Shown here: positions 9,629 to 20,349 of the stretch, piece by piece
Position numbering within the stretch: position 1 is the first letter of the stretch
How the letters are laid out: each line of letters begins with the position of its first letter
IMG/VR virus record: IMGVR_UViG_3300031760_000005
Span: 93,696 to 157,695 of that record
Source: a virus
Lineage: Duplodnaviria > Caudoviricetes
Direction: 5' to 3' (one strand)
Length of the DNA stretch: 64,000 nt
Translations under genes and position numbers: made by a program
Notes under the pieces: model-generated
Databases searched by the model: none
The model's input: the letters and a program-made list of their open reading frames with translations, nothing else
Told to the model about the DNA's origin: nothing

Positions 9629-9637
9629 TACAATTAT

Positions 9638-11035
9638 ATGAAAAACTTAGGTCAATTTATTAATGAAAATGATTTAAAAAAAGTTGAAGGTAATGCACCT
9701 AAACCAGATCCAAAGAGTAAAAATAGAATTAAATGGGCACTTGATGAACCAACTAATGATGACGCATCAGATGATATTGATATCCATTCTAAAGAAAATA
9801 CAAAATCTGTAAAACAATTAATTGATAAATTTAGAACAGAAGAACCTTTCTTTATACAAGGTGAAGCTGGTTGGGGTAAAACATCTATCGTAAAAAAACT
9901 TGCTAAAAAATTTGGTAAAAAAGTTATTACAGTATATCTTGATAAAGCTGAGGCAACAGACCTTGGTGGTATACCTGTTCCTGTTGAAGGTAATAAATCA
10001 AAAGCTAAAGTAAAAAATGCTGTAGGTGAATTAGAAGAAAGAGAATTTGCTGCCCAAATTAAGGCTATGCCATCTTGGGCAAAAATAATGTATGATAATC
10101 CAGATACAGACTTCTTATTATTCTTTGATGAAATGAACCAAGCTATGCCTGATGTAATGAATGCTCTTATGCCTATTGTTTTGGAAAACGAAATTTGTGA
10201 AATTAAGTTCGACAACTTTTTTGTTGGTGCAGCAGGTAACTATGAACATGAAAACAGAGGAGCTATTTCTGAATTATCTGGACCACTTAAATCTCGTTTC
10301 AAACCAATCATTGAATGGACATCAGGTGAAGAAGCTTGGCCACAAGCATTTAAACATTTACACGCAAAATGGGATAAATATTTGTCAAAAGAATTTATTA
10401 ACTTATTTGAAAAAAATGGCGCTGAAATATTTGAAAACCCACGTGAACTTGAGCATAAAGTATTTCAATATATTTATCGTATAAAAATGACTAATGATGA
10501 TGGATATGAAGACGATAATGATGCAGAAAAATATTTATGGCGTCTTGAAGATTTAGCTAAAGAAAATTTATCAAGAACAGCAAAAGCTAAATTAAGCGAA
10601 TTAGCTGATGCTATGTTTGCATTTGTTGCTGGTACAGATTATAATGGAAAAACATCTAAACCAAAACGTGAATCAAATAAAGATATTAATATGATTCCTG
10701 AACAAGTAAGAGTTACTGTAGAACAAGCAATGAAAACTGGTTATCAAAGTATAAAAGTTGGTGATAAAGAATATAAATTTGGTATTTCTAAAGAAAATAT
10801 TGGAGAAATAGTTAATGAGAAAGAGTGTAATGCAGAAATGTTACAAAAACTTATTAAGAATTTAGAATTAGGAGGTAAGAAATTTAAATATGAAAAATCT
10901 CCTGATTGGAAAAAACTTGGTTTAGAAGATCCATTAGATGATAAATGGAATTTTAAAATTGGCTCAGATACAAAATTAGGTAATAATTCAGAACCTAAAA
11001 AGAAAAAAACTATGAAAGATTACGCAAATTCATAA
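9638..11035 (+). CDS. MoxR/dynein-related AAA+ ATPase with CTS-like N-terminus
   Basis: Walker A GEAGWGKT, DLGGIP, Walker B LLFFDEMN, AAGN, PLKSRF. Confidence 0.85.
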   Translation: MKNLGQFINENDLKKVEGNAPKPDPKSKNRIKWALDEPTNDDASDDIDIHSKENTKSVKQLIDKFRTEEPFFIQGEAGWGKTSIVKKLAKKFGKKVITVYLDKAEATDLGGIPVPVEGNKSKAKVKNAVGELEEREFAAQIKAMPSWAKIMYDNPDTDFLLFFDEMNQAMPDVMNALMPIVLENEICEIKFDNFFVGAAGNYEHENRGAISELSGPLKSRFKPIIEWTSGEEAWPQAFKHLHAKWDKYLSKEFINLFEKNGAEIFENPRELEHKVFQYIYRIKMTNDDGYEDDNDAEKYLWRLEDLAKENLSRTAKAKLSELADAMFAFVAGTDYNGKTSKPKRESNKDINMIPEQVRVTVEQAMKTGYQSIKVGDKEYKFGISKENIGEIVNEKECNAEMLQKLIKNLELGGKKFKYEKSPDWKKLGLEDPLDDKWNFKIGSDTKLGNNSEPKKKKTMKDYANS

Positions 11036-11056
11036 AAAATATTTAAGGATTAATAT

Positions 11057-11335
11057 ATGGAAGTTTTAGATAATGTTATCTATTTTGATAACGATGATGA
11101 ATTTTACGATTATTGCGTAGAACCTAAATTAATAACGATTCCATTTGTTGATAAAAATGGTGATACTAGATATTATACAGATTTTAATTTTACTAATGTA
11201 TATAATAATGATGTTAAAGATGGAAAAATTTTTATTATAAAAGATGAAAATTCGCAAATTTATAAACATAAAGCAGTATCATATCGTACTATAACAAAAG
11301 AAATTTCTAATTTAGAACCTTGGTATAAAAATTAA
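11057..11335 (+). CDS. hypothetical protein
   Basis: 92 aa ORF between AAA and VWA genes. Confidence 0.65.
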   Translation: MEVLDNVIYFDNDDEFYDYCVEPKLITIPFVDKNGDTRYYTDFNFTNVYNNDVKDGKIFIIKDENSQIYKHKAVSYRTITKEISNLEPWYKN

Positions 11336-11346
11336 TAAGTAAATTT

Positions 11347-12999
11347 ATGGAAATTAAAAGTTCATTACTAAATTCAGATACATTTTCAGAAGTTAAAAAA
11401 AGTTTAATAGAAGTTTCAGAAATTGATAATAGACAGGATTTTAGAGTTGACGTAATAGAATTTATTGACTTCAATTCAGATAATAATGATGACCAATTCT
11501 TCTGGGACATGCTAGAATTTGTAAGATTTCTTAATCCTGCTGATAATAGTGTTGCATACACTACTCCAAATCATTTAATTTATTTAAATGCACCAAGTCA
11601 TAATTATGATACAGAAAACGATTGGGAATTTATATATGATCATGAATGTTTACATCAATTATGGGACACATTTGCTGTAGGTGAGGAAATAAAAACAAAT
11701 GGAATTAAATATGACCATCAAGTATTAAATATCGCATCTGACTGTGTTATTAATGATTATCTCTCATATATTCGTAAAAAGAAAGAACCAGAAGGATTAA
11801 TAAATAGAGAATATTTACAAAATGAATATGGAGTTACATATGATCGTAAAGTAGATACTCAATATAGCTTATATCTTAAATTACTGGAACATGCTGAAGA
11901 ACTAAAAAAAGATAAACGTTGTCAAAATGATATTGATCAAAATAATAAAAAGAATGATCAACAAGAAAAAAATAACGGAAATAGTAATAGTAATAATTCA
12001 AAAAACTCAAATTCAAAAAATAGTAATTCAGATAAAGAAAATAACGGAGGGAAAGAATCAGAAGATAAAAATAATGAAAAAGGTGGTAAAAATACCGATA
12101 GTAAGACAAATGATAAAGCTGATAAAGAAAAAATAGACAATAATGATAAAGAAAAGGGAGGTAAAGGTAAACAAGCAGGCGAAGGGGCATCTAGTGATAC
12201 ATCTCAAACATCTTTAGACTTAGATGAAATTCGTAAAAATGCTGAAGCTATTATTAAGAAATATCAAAATAAAATTGGTGGTGATTTTGGTAAGTTTATT
12301 GAAAAATGTAAATCAGCAAAAACACTTAGAGAATCAGGATTAGTAGTAAAAGTTAATAAAGCTACATCTGCATGGAATAGTTCTCTTCAATCTTATTGTA
12401 GTGCATTTATAAAAAGTAAAGTATTTGCGTTACATCGTCAATATAAACGTACATATACTCGTGTAAAACGTGGTCATGGTATTGTTAAATTTGGAGAACC
12501 TATTATTCCAGGCAAGAAGATTTTAGATAATAAATTGTTAATCAAAACTGCATTTTATGTTGATAGATCTGCAAGTATGTCAGGTGTAATTGATGAAGTA
12601 TTTGAAGCGGCGTATATTATTGCAGAAGGATTGAAAAAACAATTTAGTAAAGATAAAGTTGTAGAAGATCTTGTATTTAAAATGCTTGCATTTGATGATG
12701 ATATTCGTGAAGTTAAATGGGGAAATAAAATGAATGTAGGAGGCGGTACATGTCCATTTGACGCAATTTTGAATTACATTAGAAAGAATACAAATGAATA
12801 TATGATTAATATTATTATTACCGACGCAGAATTTGACATAAACGAAAATAAAATTACTAAATTCTTGCAAGATATTGATGGTTGTGTAATATTCGTTACA
12901 AATAGTACTTCTTCAGATGTTAAAGAAATTGCTCAAAAGAAAGAAAATAAACTTAAATTATTTTATATACAAGCAGATAATAATTTTACAACGGATTAA
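11347..12999 (+). CDS. putative metallopeptidase-VWA protein (DUF2201-like)
   Basis: HECLH zincin, NIASDCVIN, Asn/Lys/Ser linker, VWA MIDAS VDRSASM, GGGT, IIITD. Confidence 0.85.
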   Translation: MEIKSSLLNSDTFSEVKKSLIEVSEIDNRQDFRVDVIEFIDFNSDNNDDQFFWDMLEFVRFLNPADNSVAYTTPNHLIYLNAPSHNYDTENDWEFIYDHECLHQLWDTFAVGEEIKTNGIKYDHQVLNIASDCVINDYLSYIRKKKEPEGLINREYLQNEYGVTYDRKVDTQYSLYLKLLEHAEELKKDKRCQNDIDQNNKKNDQQEKNNGNSNSNNSKNSNSKNSNSDKENNGGKESEDKNNEKGGKNTDSKTNDKADKEKIDNNDKEKGGKGKQAGEGASSDTSQTSLDLDEIRKNAEAIIKKYQNKIGGDFGKFIEKCKSAKTLRESGLVVKVNKATSAWNSSLQSYCSAFIKSKVFALHRQYKRTYTRVKRGHGIVKFGEPIIPGKKILDNKLLIKTAFYVDRSASMSGVIDEVFEAAYIIAEGLKKQFSKDKVVEDLVFKMLAFDDDIREVKWGNKMNVGGGTCPFDAILNYIRKNTNEYMINIIITDAEFDINENKITKFLQDIDGCVIFVTNSTSSDVKEIAQKKENKLKLFYIQADNNFTTD

Positions 13000-13022
13000 T
13001 ATTTAGTATTATAATATATATG

Positions 13023-13053
13023 AAACTGGTACATTTTTATGTACCAGTTTTTT
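13023..13053 (+). terminator. intrinsic terminator
   Basis: AAACTGGTACAT-TTTT-ATGTACCAGTTT followed by T tract. Confidence 0.75.
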
Positions 13054-13079
13054 ATTTTTAATTAAAAAATAATTTATTT

Positions 13080-13691
13080 ATGAAACAATTAAATAATTAT
13101 ATAATAGAAAAATTACAAATTGGTTCTAATACTAAGCTGGGCGATAATTATTATCATCCTAAAACCACAGATGAATTAAAAGAGTTAATTAAAAAACTTA
13201 TAAAAGAACGTGGTAATAATGCTGATTTGAATGATATAGATACTTCAAAAATAACTAATATGTCTTATTTATTTTATAAGTCAGATTTTAATGGGAATAT
13301 ATCTCGATGGGATGTTAGTAATGTTACTACTATGAATGAAATGTTTTATAATTCTAAATTTAATGGAAATATATCAGATTGGGATGTTAGTAAAGTTACT
13401 GATATGGAATCTATGTTTTATAATTCAGAATTTAATCAAGATATATCAAATTGGGATGTTAGTAATGTTCAATATATGCATGCTATGTTTCAATCTTCTA
13501 AATTTAATGGTGATATATCTAAATGGGATGTAAGTAATGTTAAAGATATGACTTCTATGTTTAATGATTCAAAATTTAATCAAGATATATCAAACTGGAA
13601 TGTTAATAATGTTAAATATATGATTAACATATTTAAAAATTCTCCATTAGAAAAAAATACACCTAAATGGTATAATGAAAAGAATAAATAA
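13080..13691 (+). CDS. BspA/DUF285-type repeat protein (5 repeats)
   Basis: 24-aa repeat FNGDISxWDVSxVTxMxxMFxxS. Confidence 0.9.
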   Translation: MKQLNNYIIEKLQIGSNTKLGDNYYHPKTTDELKELIKKLIKERGNNADLNDIDTSKITNMSYLFYKSDFNGNISRWDVSNVTTMNEMFYNSKFNGNISDWDVSKVTDMESMFYNSEFNQDISNWDVSNVQYMHAMFQSSKFNGDISKWDVSNVKDMTSMFNDSKFNQDISNWNVNNVKYMINIFKNSPLEKNTPKWYNEKNK

Positions 13692-14505
13692 TTATATAAT
13701 AGAAAAATTACAAATTGGTTCTAATACTAAGCTGGGCAATAACTATAATTATTGCCCTAAAACTAAAGATGAACTAAAAGAGTTAGTGCAAAAATTAATT
13801 AAAGAACGTGGTAATGAAGCTGATTTAAATGATATTGACACATCAGAAATAACTGATATGTGTGGAATATTTATAAATTCTCAATTTAATGGTGACATAT
13901 CAAAATGGGATGTTAGTAATGTTACTACTATGAATGAAATGTTTTATAAGTCTGAATTTAACAGTGACATATCAAAGTGGGATGTCAGCAATGTTAAAAA
14001 TATGAGTTGGATGTTTAAAAACTCTCAATTTAATGGCGATATAAAAAATTGGGATGTTAGTAATGTTACTACTATGAATGAAATGTTTTATAATTCTAAA
14101 TTTAATGGAAATATATCAGATTGGGATGTTAGTAATGTTATTGATATGTGTGGTATGTTTGCAAAATCTAATTTTAATGGTAATATTTCTAGTTGGGATG
14201 TTAGTAAAGTTACTGATATGCGTGGTATGTTTCATAAATCAAAATTTAATGGAAATATATCTAAATGGGATGTTAGTAAAGTTACTCATATGAAAACTAT
14301 GTTTTGTGACTCTGAATTTAACGGCGATATATCAAAGTGGGACGTTAGTAATGTTACTGATATGTGGTTTATGTTTACGGGTTCTAAATTTAATAAAGAT
14401 ATATCAAACTGGGATGTAAGTAAAGTTACTGATATGGAGGGGATGTTTAATGTTTCTCCATTAGAAAAAAATCCGCCTAAATGGTATAATGAAAAGAATA
14501 AATAA
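13675..14505 (+). CDS. BspA/DUF285-type repeat protein (8 repeats)
   Basis: Same repeat; overlaps previous gene by 17 nt. Confidence 0.9.
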   Translation: MKRINNYIIEKLQIGSNTKLGNNYNYCPKTKDELKELVQKLIKERGNEADLNDIDTSEITDMCGIFINSQFNGDISKWDVSNVTTMNEMFYKSEFNSDISKWDVSNVKNMSWMFKNSQFNGDIKNWDVSNVTTMNEMFYNSKFNGNISDWDVSNVIDMCGMFAKSNFNGNISSWDVSKVTDMRGMFHKSKFNGNISKWDVSKVTHMKTMFCDSEFNGDISKWDVSNVTDMWFMFTGSKFNKDISNWDVSKVTDMEGMFNVSPLEKNPPKWYNEKNK

Positions 14506-15031
14506 TTATATAATAGAAAAATTACAAATTGGTTCTAATACTAAATTTGGTGATAATTATAATTATCACCCTAAAACTAGAGATGAATTATATGATTTAA
14601 TTGAAAAACTCATAGAAGAACGTGGTAATGAAGCTGATTTGAATGATATAGATGTTAGTAAAATAACGGATATGAATGAATTATTTTATGATTCGGATTT
14701 TAATGGCGATATATCAAACTGGGATGTTAGTAATGTTACTGATATGGGTTGGATGTTCGCATATTCAAAATTTAATAGCGATATATCCCAATGGGATGTA
14801 AGTAAAGTTACTGATATGAGAGGTATGTTTTGTGATAGCAAATTTAATGGTGATATATTTAAATGGGATGTTAGTAATGTAACTAATATGGAGGATATGT
14901 TTTATAATTCAGATTTTAATGGTGATATAAAAGATTGGGATGTTAATAATGTAAAAAATATGGAAGATATATTTTTAAATTCTCCTTTAGAAAAAAATCC
15001 ACCTAAATGGTATAATGAAAAGAATAACTAA
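14489..15031 (+). CDS. BspA/DUF285-type repeat protein (4 repeats)
   Basis: Same repeat and caps. Confidence 0.9.
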   Translation: MKRINNYIIEKLQIGSNTKFGDNYNYHPKTRDELYDLIEKLIEERGNEADLNDIDVSKITDMNELFYDSDFNGDISNWDVSNVTDMGWMFAYSKFNSDISQWDVSKVTDMRGMFCDSKFNGDIFKWDVSNVTNMEDMFYNSDFNGDIKDWDVNNVKNMEDIFLNSPLEKNPPKWYNEKNN

Positions 15032-15545
15032 TTATATAACGGAGAAATTACAAATCGGTTCTAATACTAAGCTGGGCAATAACTATAATTATTGCCCTAA
15101 AACACGAGATGAATTAAAAGAATTACTTAAACAACTTATAAAAAAACGTGGTAATGAAGCTGATTTGAATGATATAGATACATCTAAAATAACTGATATG
15201 TCAAGTTTGTTTCAACTTAGCGTATTTAATGGTGATATATCAGAATGGAATGTTAGTAATGTAACTAATATGAAATATATGTTTGCATATGCAAGATTTA
15301 ACGGAGATATATCTAAATGGAATGTTTCTAAATTAAATAATATGTTTGAAATTTTTTATAATTCGGAATTTAATGGAGATATATCACAATGGGATGTTAG
15401 CAATGTTACTAATATGACTTACGCATTTTATGGGTCTAAATTTGATGGCGATATATCAGAATGGAATGTTAAAAATGTTAAAAATATGGAAGATATATTT
15501 TTAAATTCTCCATTAGAAAAAAATCCACCTAAATGGTATAAATAA
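15015..15545 (+). CDS. BspA/DUF285-type repeat protein (4 repeats)
   Basis: Same repeat and caps. Confidence 0.9.
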   Translation: MKRITNYITEKLQIGSNTKLGNNYNYCPKTRDELKELLKQLIKKRGNEADLNDIDTSKITDMSSLFQLSVFNGDISEWNVSNVTNMKYMFAYARFNGDISKWNVSKLNNMFEIFYNSEFNGDISQWDVSNVTNMTYAFYGSKFDGDISEWNVKNVKNMEDIFLNSPLEKNPPKWYK

Positions 15546-15571
15546 AAAAGAGGAACAAAAGTTCCTCTTTT
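15546..15571. terminator. bidirectional intrinsic terminator
   Basis: AAAAGAGGAAC-AAAA-GTTCCTCTTTT between convergent genes. Confidence 0.8.
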
Positions 15572-15572
15572 C

Positions 15573-16688
15573 TTATGCTAATTCAAATACTGGGCGAGTA
15601 TTACATTTAATAATGTTACCTTTCTTATTATATATGAATGCATCTTTTCCTTCTTGAATTTCAAATTCAGAAATTTTTACTTTAACCTTATCTCCTGGTT
15701 TATAATCAAGTAAATCAATTGCATCCACAGGCATAAGACCAGTAATATAAATATTATCTAATTCAATAAAAATACCTGTCTTCTTAGCGGAATTAATAAT
15801 ACCTGTAACTGTACCATTCATAGGTTCTGGATTATATGTTACATTATCATTCTTTGAAAGCATAAATTTAGCATATAAATCAGCCAAATTTTTAATACCT
15901 AAAATTTGTAATACTCTCTTTCTTGAACCAACTAATGAATTTTCAACTTCACCAGTCTTATAATTTTTACGGAATTCTACAAACTTTTGTGGAATAATTG
16001 TAACATCTTTTCCAATCCATTTTTCAAAATCATGTTCAATATTGAGAACAATATGTGAACCAGGAATGAATACTGAATGTGTATAATTTCTTCCAGTCAA
16101 TTCATTAAGAGGTTTAATGTCTGTATGACAAATATAACCACCTTGTACCAAATCATCAATATGAACGTCTATTCCATTTTCATGTTGAATATTACGATTC
16201 ATTTGGTTAACCCAATTATTGTAATACGCAGTAATTATAGAAACAATATATTTATTATCTTTCTTCTCACGTACTTCAAAAAGTAATTTATTATTATGTG
16301 TTAAAAGATATTGTTGAATATTGTCAATACATGATGTTAAATTCTCTTTAGAAATTATTTCTTCCTTTACACCAGGTAAACTAAATGAAATATAAGTTTT
16401 TGTTATTTCTTTTACTGTACCTGTATAGGTCGAACCAACATTAATGATATTAACTTGATTTATAGTCTTATCAGATTTAATCTCTGGTGAAAGTTCAAGA
16501 CCATAATAAATTCCAAATGATTTTGCTAAAGACATATTACCATATGCTTTTGTCATATAAGCAATACGCTCTCTATCATTTTTAAAATAAGGAAAATCGT
16601 TATCTTTGGTTACGTCTGCAAATGTTAGCAAACGTTGCTTTGTAATATTTTTATTGTTTTGCATTTGTATATTTGTTTTGTGTACCAT
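15573..16688 (-). CDS. ribosomal protein bS1-like multi-S1-domain protein (start may be MQNNK at 16664)
   Basis: Three S1-like OB units: VGSTYTGTVKEI, VHIDDLVQGGYI..VFIPGSHI, GTVTGII..TGIFIEL..TGLM...YKPGDKVKVKI. Confidence 0.7.
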   Translation of the reverse strand: MVHKTNIQMQNNKNITKQRLLTFADVTKDNDFPYFKNDRERIAYMTKAYGNMSLAKSFGIYYGLELSPEIKSDKTINQVNIINVGSTYTGTVKEITKTYISFSLPGVKEEIISKENLTSCIDNIQQYLLTHNNKLLFEVREKKDNKYIVSIITAYYNNWVNQMNRNIQHENGIDVHIDDLVQGGYICHTDIKPLNELTGRNYTHSVFIPGSHIVLNIEHDFEKWIGKDVTIIPQKFVEFRKNYKTGEVENSLVGSRKRVLQILGIKNLADLYAKFMLSKNDNVTYNPEPMNGTVTGIINSAKKTGIFIELDNIYITGLMPVDAIDLLDYKPGDKVKVKISEFEIQEGKDAFIYNKKGNIIKCNTRPVFELA

Positions 16689-16782
16689 GCAAACGGTACT
16701 GGTTAATAAAAAAGTTAATTATATAATTTAATATAGATCAAATCTATAGAAATATTCAATATATTTTTCGAATTTAATATTT

Positions 16783-17100
16783 TTAATCAGCTTTAACAAG
16801 CATATCTGATTGATCTGGTTTTTTAGGATTACCAAATTTATCAAGTGCTTTAATACACATTCCTGAATCATCCCAGTCATACTCAAATAGTTTAGTGTCC
16901 ATTTTAACTTGACCATGAATAATATTGGGAACTTCTTTATAATCCACACTTGTAATAATTGCTTGACGACCATCTTTTGTCATTACTGGTTTTTCATCTT
17001 GAATCCATTGGTCATCAATAGGTTCGCCTTTTTGTTCGAAAACTTTATTAGATCTAACTCTAAATAATTCTTCTTTAAGTATATCTTCAATATTTCTCAT
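16783..17100 (-). CDS. hypothetical protein, CTS-like N-terminus
   Basis: MRNIEDILKEE; KPVMTKDGRQA; late motif at 17119-17129. Confidence 0.7.
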   Translation of the reverse strand: MRNIEDILKEELFRVRSNKVFEQKGEPIDDQWIQDEKPVMTKDGRQAIITSVDYKEVPNIIHGQVKMDTKLFEYDWDDSGMCIKALDKFGNPKKPDQSDMLVKAD

Positions 17101-17136
17101 AATACTAAATAAATATTTATTAAAAATAATTCAATA

Positions 17137-17775
17137 TTATTTTGTCATATTATTTATTTCTTTTAAATAGTCGTGATATCCATATTTAAATGCGCTATCT
17201 TTATATAAACCTTCATTCATACACCATCTATCTAATTCAAACCAGTCAATAATTTGACATTTTTCTCCAAATTTATTAACTATTGGAAGTTTTTTAATTC
17301 CAATAGCATGATCATCAATAATATAATCAGCATATATTTTGCGAGAATGATCATCTATAATTTTATCCCATAAAGGATTTTCATTTACTGAATAAAATTT
17401 AATACCATTATCTTCACATAATTTTATTACAGGATCTATTAAATCTATTTCTGAATAATCTAATGTATGAAAATTAATTTTTTTAAGATAATTTATAGAA
17501 ATAGGATTACCATTTAAATATCTTGTACCATTATATGTTGGATCAGTATAAATATCAAATAAGCTTTTACAACATACTGGATATTTATAATTACGTTGTG
17601 TAAATAAAATAAGTTTATGTCCAGCATTTTGTAAAGCATTTAATACTTCAAATGCTCCAGGAATAATTGGACCAATATAAGGCCATTCATCTAAACATAT
17701 TGTATTATCAAAATCAATACAAATTACTTTAGAATCTCCTATTTTATCATAATATTCATCTGCTCTATATTTCAT
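17137..17775 (-). CDS. HAD-superfamily hydrolase
   Basis: ICIDFDNTI motif I, GHKLILFTQR, KIYADYIIDD. Confidence 0.8.
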   Translation of the reverse strand: MKYRADEYYDKIGDSKVICIDFDNTICLDEWPYIGPIIPGAFEVLNALQNAGHKLILFTQRNYKYPVCCKSLFDIYTDPTYNGTRYLNGNPISINYLKKINFHTLDYSEIDLIDPVIKLCEDNGIKFYSVNENPLWDKIIDDHSRKIYADYIIDDHAIGIKKLPIVNKFGEKCQIIDWFELDRWCMNEGLYKDSAFKYGYHDYLKEINNMTK

Positions 17776-17793
17776 AATTATTATAAATAAAAT

Positions 17794-18120
17794 TTAACAT
17801 TTAATTATTTTATCTTTTATATCTTCATACATTACATAGTTTACTTGTGCAGCAGAAATCGGTACTGATATCCACCAATTTTTTCCATATAACTCTTTAT
17901 GTATTTTATCAATTAAATCATTTTCTTCTTTTGTATAATCTTTTATCCATGGGCCACAAAGATCATTACCTTGTGTTTTTTCGAACCATTCATTATATCC
18001 GGCTTTAGCCTTTTCTTCAATCCTCTTCCATAACTCTATTTCATTTCCTTTAAGAGTATATGTTACATTAAAAAGATCTATTCCAAAAAATTTAGCTATC
18101 TTTTTTAAAAATTTTATCAT
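17794..18120 (-). CDS. hypothetical protein
   Basis: 108 aa, ATGA-coupled operon. Confidence 0.65.
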   Translation of the reverse strand: MIKFLKKIAKFFGIDLFNVTYTLKGNEIELWKRIEEKAKAGYNEWFEKTQGNDLCGPWIKDYTKEENDLIDKIHKELYGKNWWISVPISAAQVNYVMYEDIKDKIIKC

Positions 18121-18311
18121 ATTTCTTTATTTAACCAATTATTAAATTTTTTATTGCAAATTTTAAATAATGTTAAAATACCAAACAACGATATCATAAC
18201 AATATTAAATATGAAAATACTAATATCGGTAAAAAATGAAACGATTATACCTAAATATAACCAAATAGTTACAATTATTATAAATATTACATCTTTATTT
18301 GTTTTAATCAT
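18117..18311 (-). CDS. small two-TM membrane protein
   Basis: Two hydrophobic stretches. Confidence 0.6.
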   Translation of the reverse strand: MIKTNKDVIFIIIVTIWLYLGIIVSFFTDISIFIFNIVMISLFGILTLFKICNKKFNNWLNKEI

Positions 18312-18513
18312 TTTTCTCTAATATAAATGTCCAATCACTACCATTTTTTGATTTAGCCATTTTCCAATCTTTAATAGTCCATCCTTCATTTAAGAATTTT
18401 TCTAATATTGGGCTTTCATAATAAGCATAATCTGACCATCTATTTGTTTTTTTGGGATCTAAATAATGTGTTTCCCAACCTAAATTACCATCAATATCTA
18501 TTACTTTTATCAT
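18304..18513 (-). CDS. hypothetical protein
   Basis: 69 aa, overlapping start/stop coupling. Confidence 0.6.
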   Translation of the reverse strand: MIKVIDIDGNLGWETHYLDPKKTNRWSDYAYYESPILEKFLNEGWTIKDWKMAKSKNGSDWTFILEKND

Positions 18514-19193
18514 AATCTAAATTTACTTCCAAAAACTTGCATTAATGTATTAAATTCCCATACACTATCAATATCCGCAGTACCTATCGTATCACAATCA
18601 CAATTATCAATATGTACATGCCATTCAGTACCACGATTATTCTCTTTATTATCAATCTCGATTTTTATTGGTGAATAATCGTTTGTTGTCCATTTACGAA
18701 ATGCATTATAATTATCAAATGTTTGGTCAATTATATCCGAAAATCCGGCTTCATATAACATTTCTTTAGTTATTTGTGTTTCTTTATCTTCTTGAGCCTT
18801 TTCTGAAGTTATATACTCAATAAACTTTAATTGATTATCATATTCCTCATTATATTGTCTATATTCATATGATGTCATTAATCTAACTTCAACATCATCT
18901 TTTTCTAATGTTCCTTTATCTAAAATGCAAGCTAACTTCAAAGCTATATCAGGAAATTCAGTAACCAATATTGATTTGATGTTTTCACCATAAATTAAAT
19001 TAATTGCATCTTTCATTGTTGTAACATCTGTATAATCTTTTATAACATCATACAATAATGCATATGCAAGTAATTTTACTTCAAAATCTTTATTAAGTAA
19101 TAAATTAATTGATCCTAAATATTTATCTTGATATTTTGAACCAACTTGAAATATACCGAAGAAATAATTATGCTGTTTTATTTCCATTCTCAT
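18510..19193 (-). CDS. hypothetical protein
   Basis: 227 aa in operon. Confidence 0.7.
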   Translation of the reverse strand: MRMEIKQHNYFFGIFQVGSKYQDKYLGSINLLLNKDFEVKLLAYALLYDVIKDYTDVTTMKDAINLIYGENIKSILVTEFPDIALKLACILDKGTLEKDDVEVRLMTSYEYRQYNEEYDNQLKFIEYITSEKAQEDKETQITKEMLYEAGFSDIIDQTFDNYNAFRKWTTNDYSPIKIEIDNKENNRGTEWHVHIDNCDCDTIGTADIDSVWEFNTLMQVFGSKFRL

Positions 19194-19977
19194 ATTCCTT
19201 TTTAATTTTTGCTAATTTTTCTTCTTGTTCACGTTTCTTGGCATCAATTTCATCTTTCCATTCTTTATCTAGAGCTTCTTTCCAATTTGGACCAAGATCT
19301 TCAAATTCATATGCTAAATCTTCATCAGTATATCCCTCATCTCTATACCAAAATAATTTAGGATTACGTTCTTCTATTTCTATATCTTTGCCTGTCTTTT
19401 CTTTCCAGTATTTTTTTACTGTTTCAGGATTGGATGTTGGCGAAGCTCCTAAAGCACATGTAATTCTAAATGATGAATCTTCATTGTCAAATCTATAAAA
19501 ATCTTTACATTCGCCAATAAGTTCCATTACTTTATTAGTAACATCTTTAGCTACACGTTCTGCAATTTCACCATTACCATCATATTCATCATAAATTATA
19601 TCAAACACGTGTTCTTTCAATGGTGCAACCTTTTCATATCCTCTATGACCACATTCAATTAAATTACCTTCTTCATCAAATTGATCAGGAATATATTTAT
19701 CCTTTGTACCACCTTTAGTCAAATATTCTTCAACAACACTAACATCATCTCTCCAATGAGGAGTAATATTATATGCTTCGAGATATTTATTTACAATATA
19801 TGTATATTCTTCTTGTGACAAATAATGTTGTTCATATACACGTTCATCTTTGTCACGTATACCATCTTTAAATTCTTGAACTATTTGATCCCAATCCGCA
19901 GATGGTTGAGCTTTAGCATACATTTCTTTATAACAATCATGTATGGCTTTATTTAATACTTCTTTTCTTGTTAACAT
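19168..19977 (-). CDS. hypothetical protein
   Basis: 269 aa acidic ORF. Confidence 0.75.
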   Translation of the reverse strand: MLTRKEVLNKAIHDCYKEMYAKAQPSADWDQIVQEFKDGIRDKDERVYEQHYLSQEEYTYIVNKYLEAYNITPHWRDDVSVVEEYLTKGGTKDKYIPDQFDEEGNLIECGHRGYEKVAPLKEHVFDIIYDEYDGNGEIAERVAKDVTNKVMELIGECKDFYRFDNEDSSFRITCALGASPTSNPETVKKYWKEKTGKDIEIEERNPKLFWYRDEGYTDEDLAYEFEDLGPNWKEALDKEWKDEIDAKKREQEEKLAKIKKEYENGNKTA

Positions 19978-19989
19978 AACTTTAATATT

Positions 19990-20349
19990 TTAAATTATAT
20001 CTTCTTCATGTATATTATCTTTGTCGTTAATATATCGAATATTAATTGACTTACATGCTTCTTCAGCAGTATTGAATAAAATATCCGAAGTAAACCAAAC
20101 AGGCATATCAAATTCCCCTTTATAATCAGGTGTATATTTGTCGTTATTGTTTATAAAGCCAGATTTATCAGTCTTATATTCACCTAATCTATATAACTCC
20201 AAAGATTCTTTTACAAATGGATTAATATGAGAAATTCCATTAGTATAACGTTCTATACATCTTACTTCAATAATTATAGCCTGATATATCTCGTATTCTC
20301 CAACAAAATATACCACATCTCCTAAATTAAATTTAGTATTTTTATCCAT
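19990..20349 (-). CDS. hypothetical protein (SH3/KOW-like N-terminus)
   Basis: TKFNLGDVVYFV pattern. Confidence 0.65.
   Translation of the reverse strand: MDKNTKFNLGDVVYFVGEYEIYQAIIIEVRCIERYTNGISHINPFVKESLELYRLGEYKTDKSGFINNNDKYTPDYKGEFDMPVWFTSDILFNTAEEACKSINIRYINDKDNIHEEDII

Noticed and set aside
11930-12190. Low-complexity Asn/Lys/Ser tract as a separate repeat element
   Set aside because: Ordinary disordered linker between peptidase and VWA domains
13080-15545. 72-bp periodic repeats as CRISPR array or DGR template/variable repeats
   Set aside because: Repeats are in-frame protein repeats without unique spacers; differences are not adenine-specific and no reverse transcriptase or cas gene is in the window
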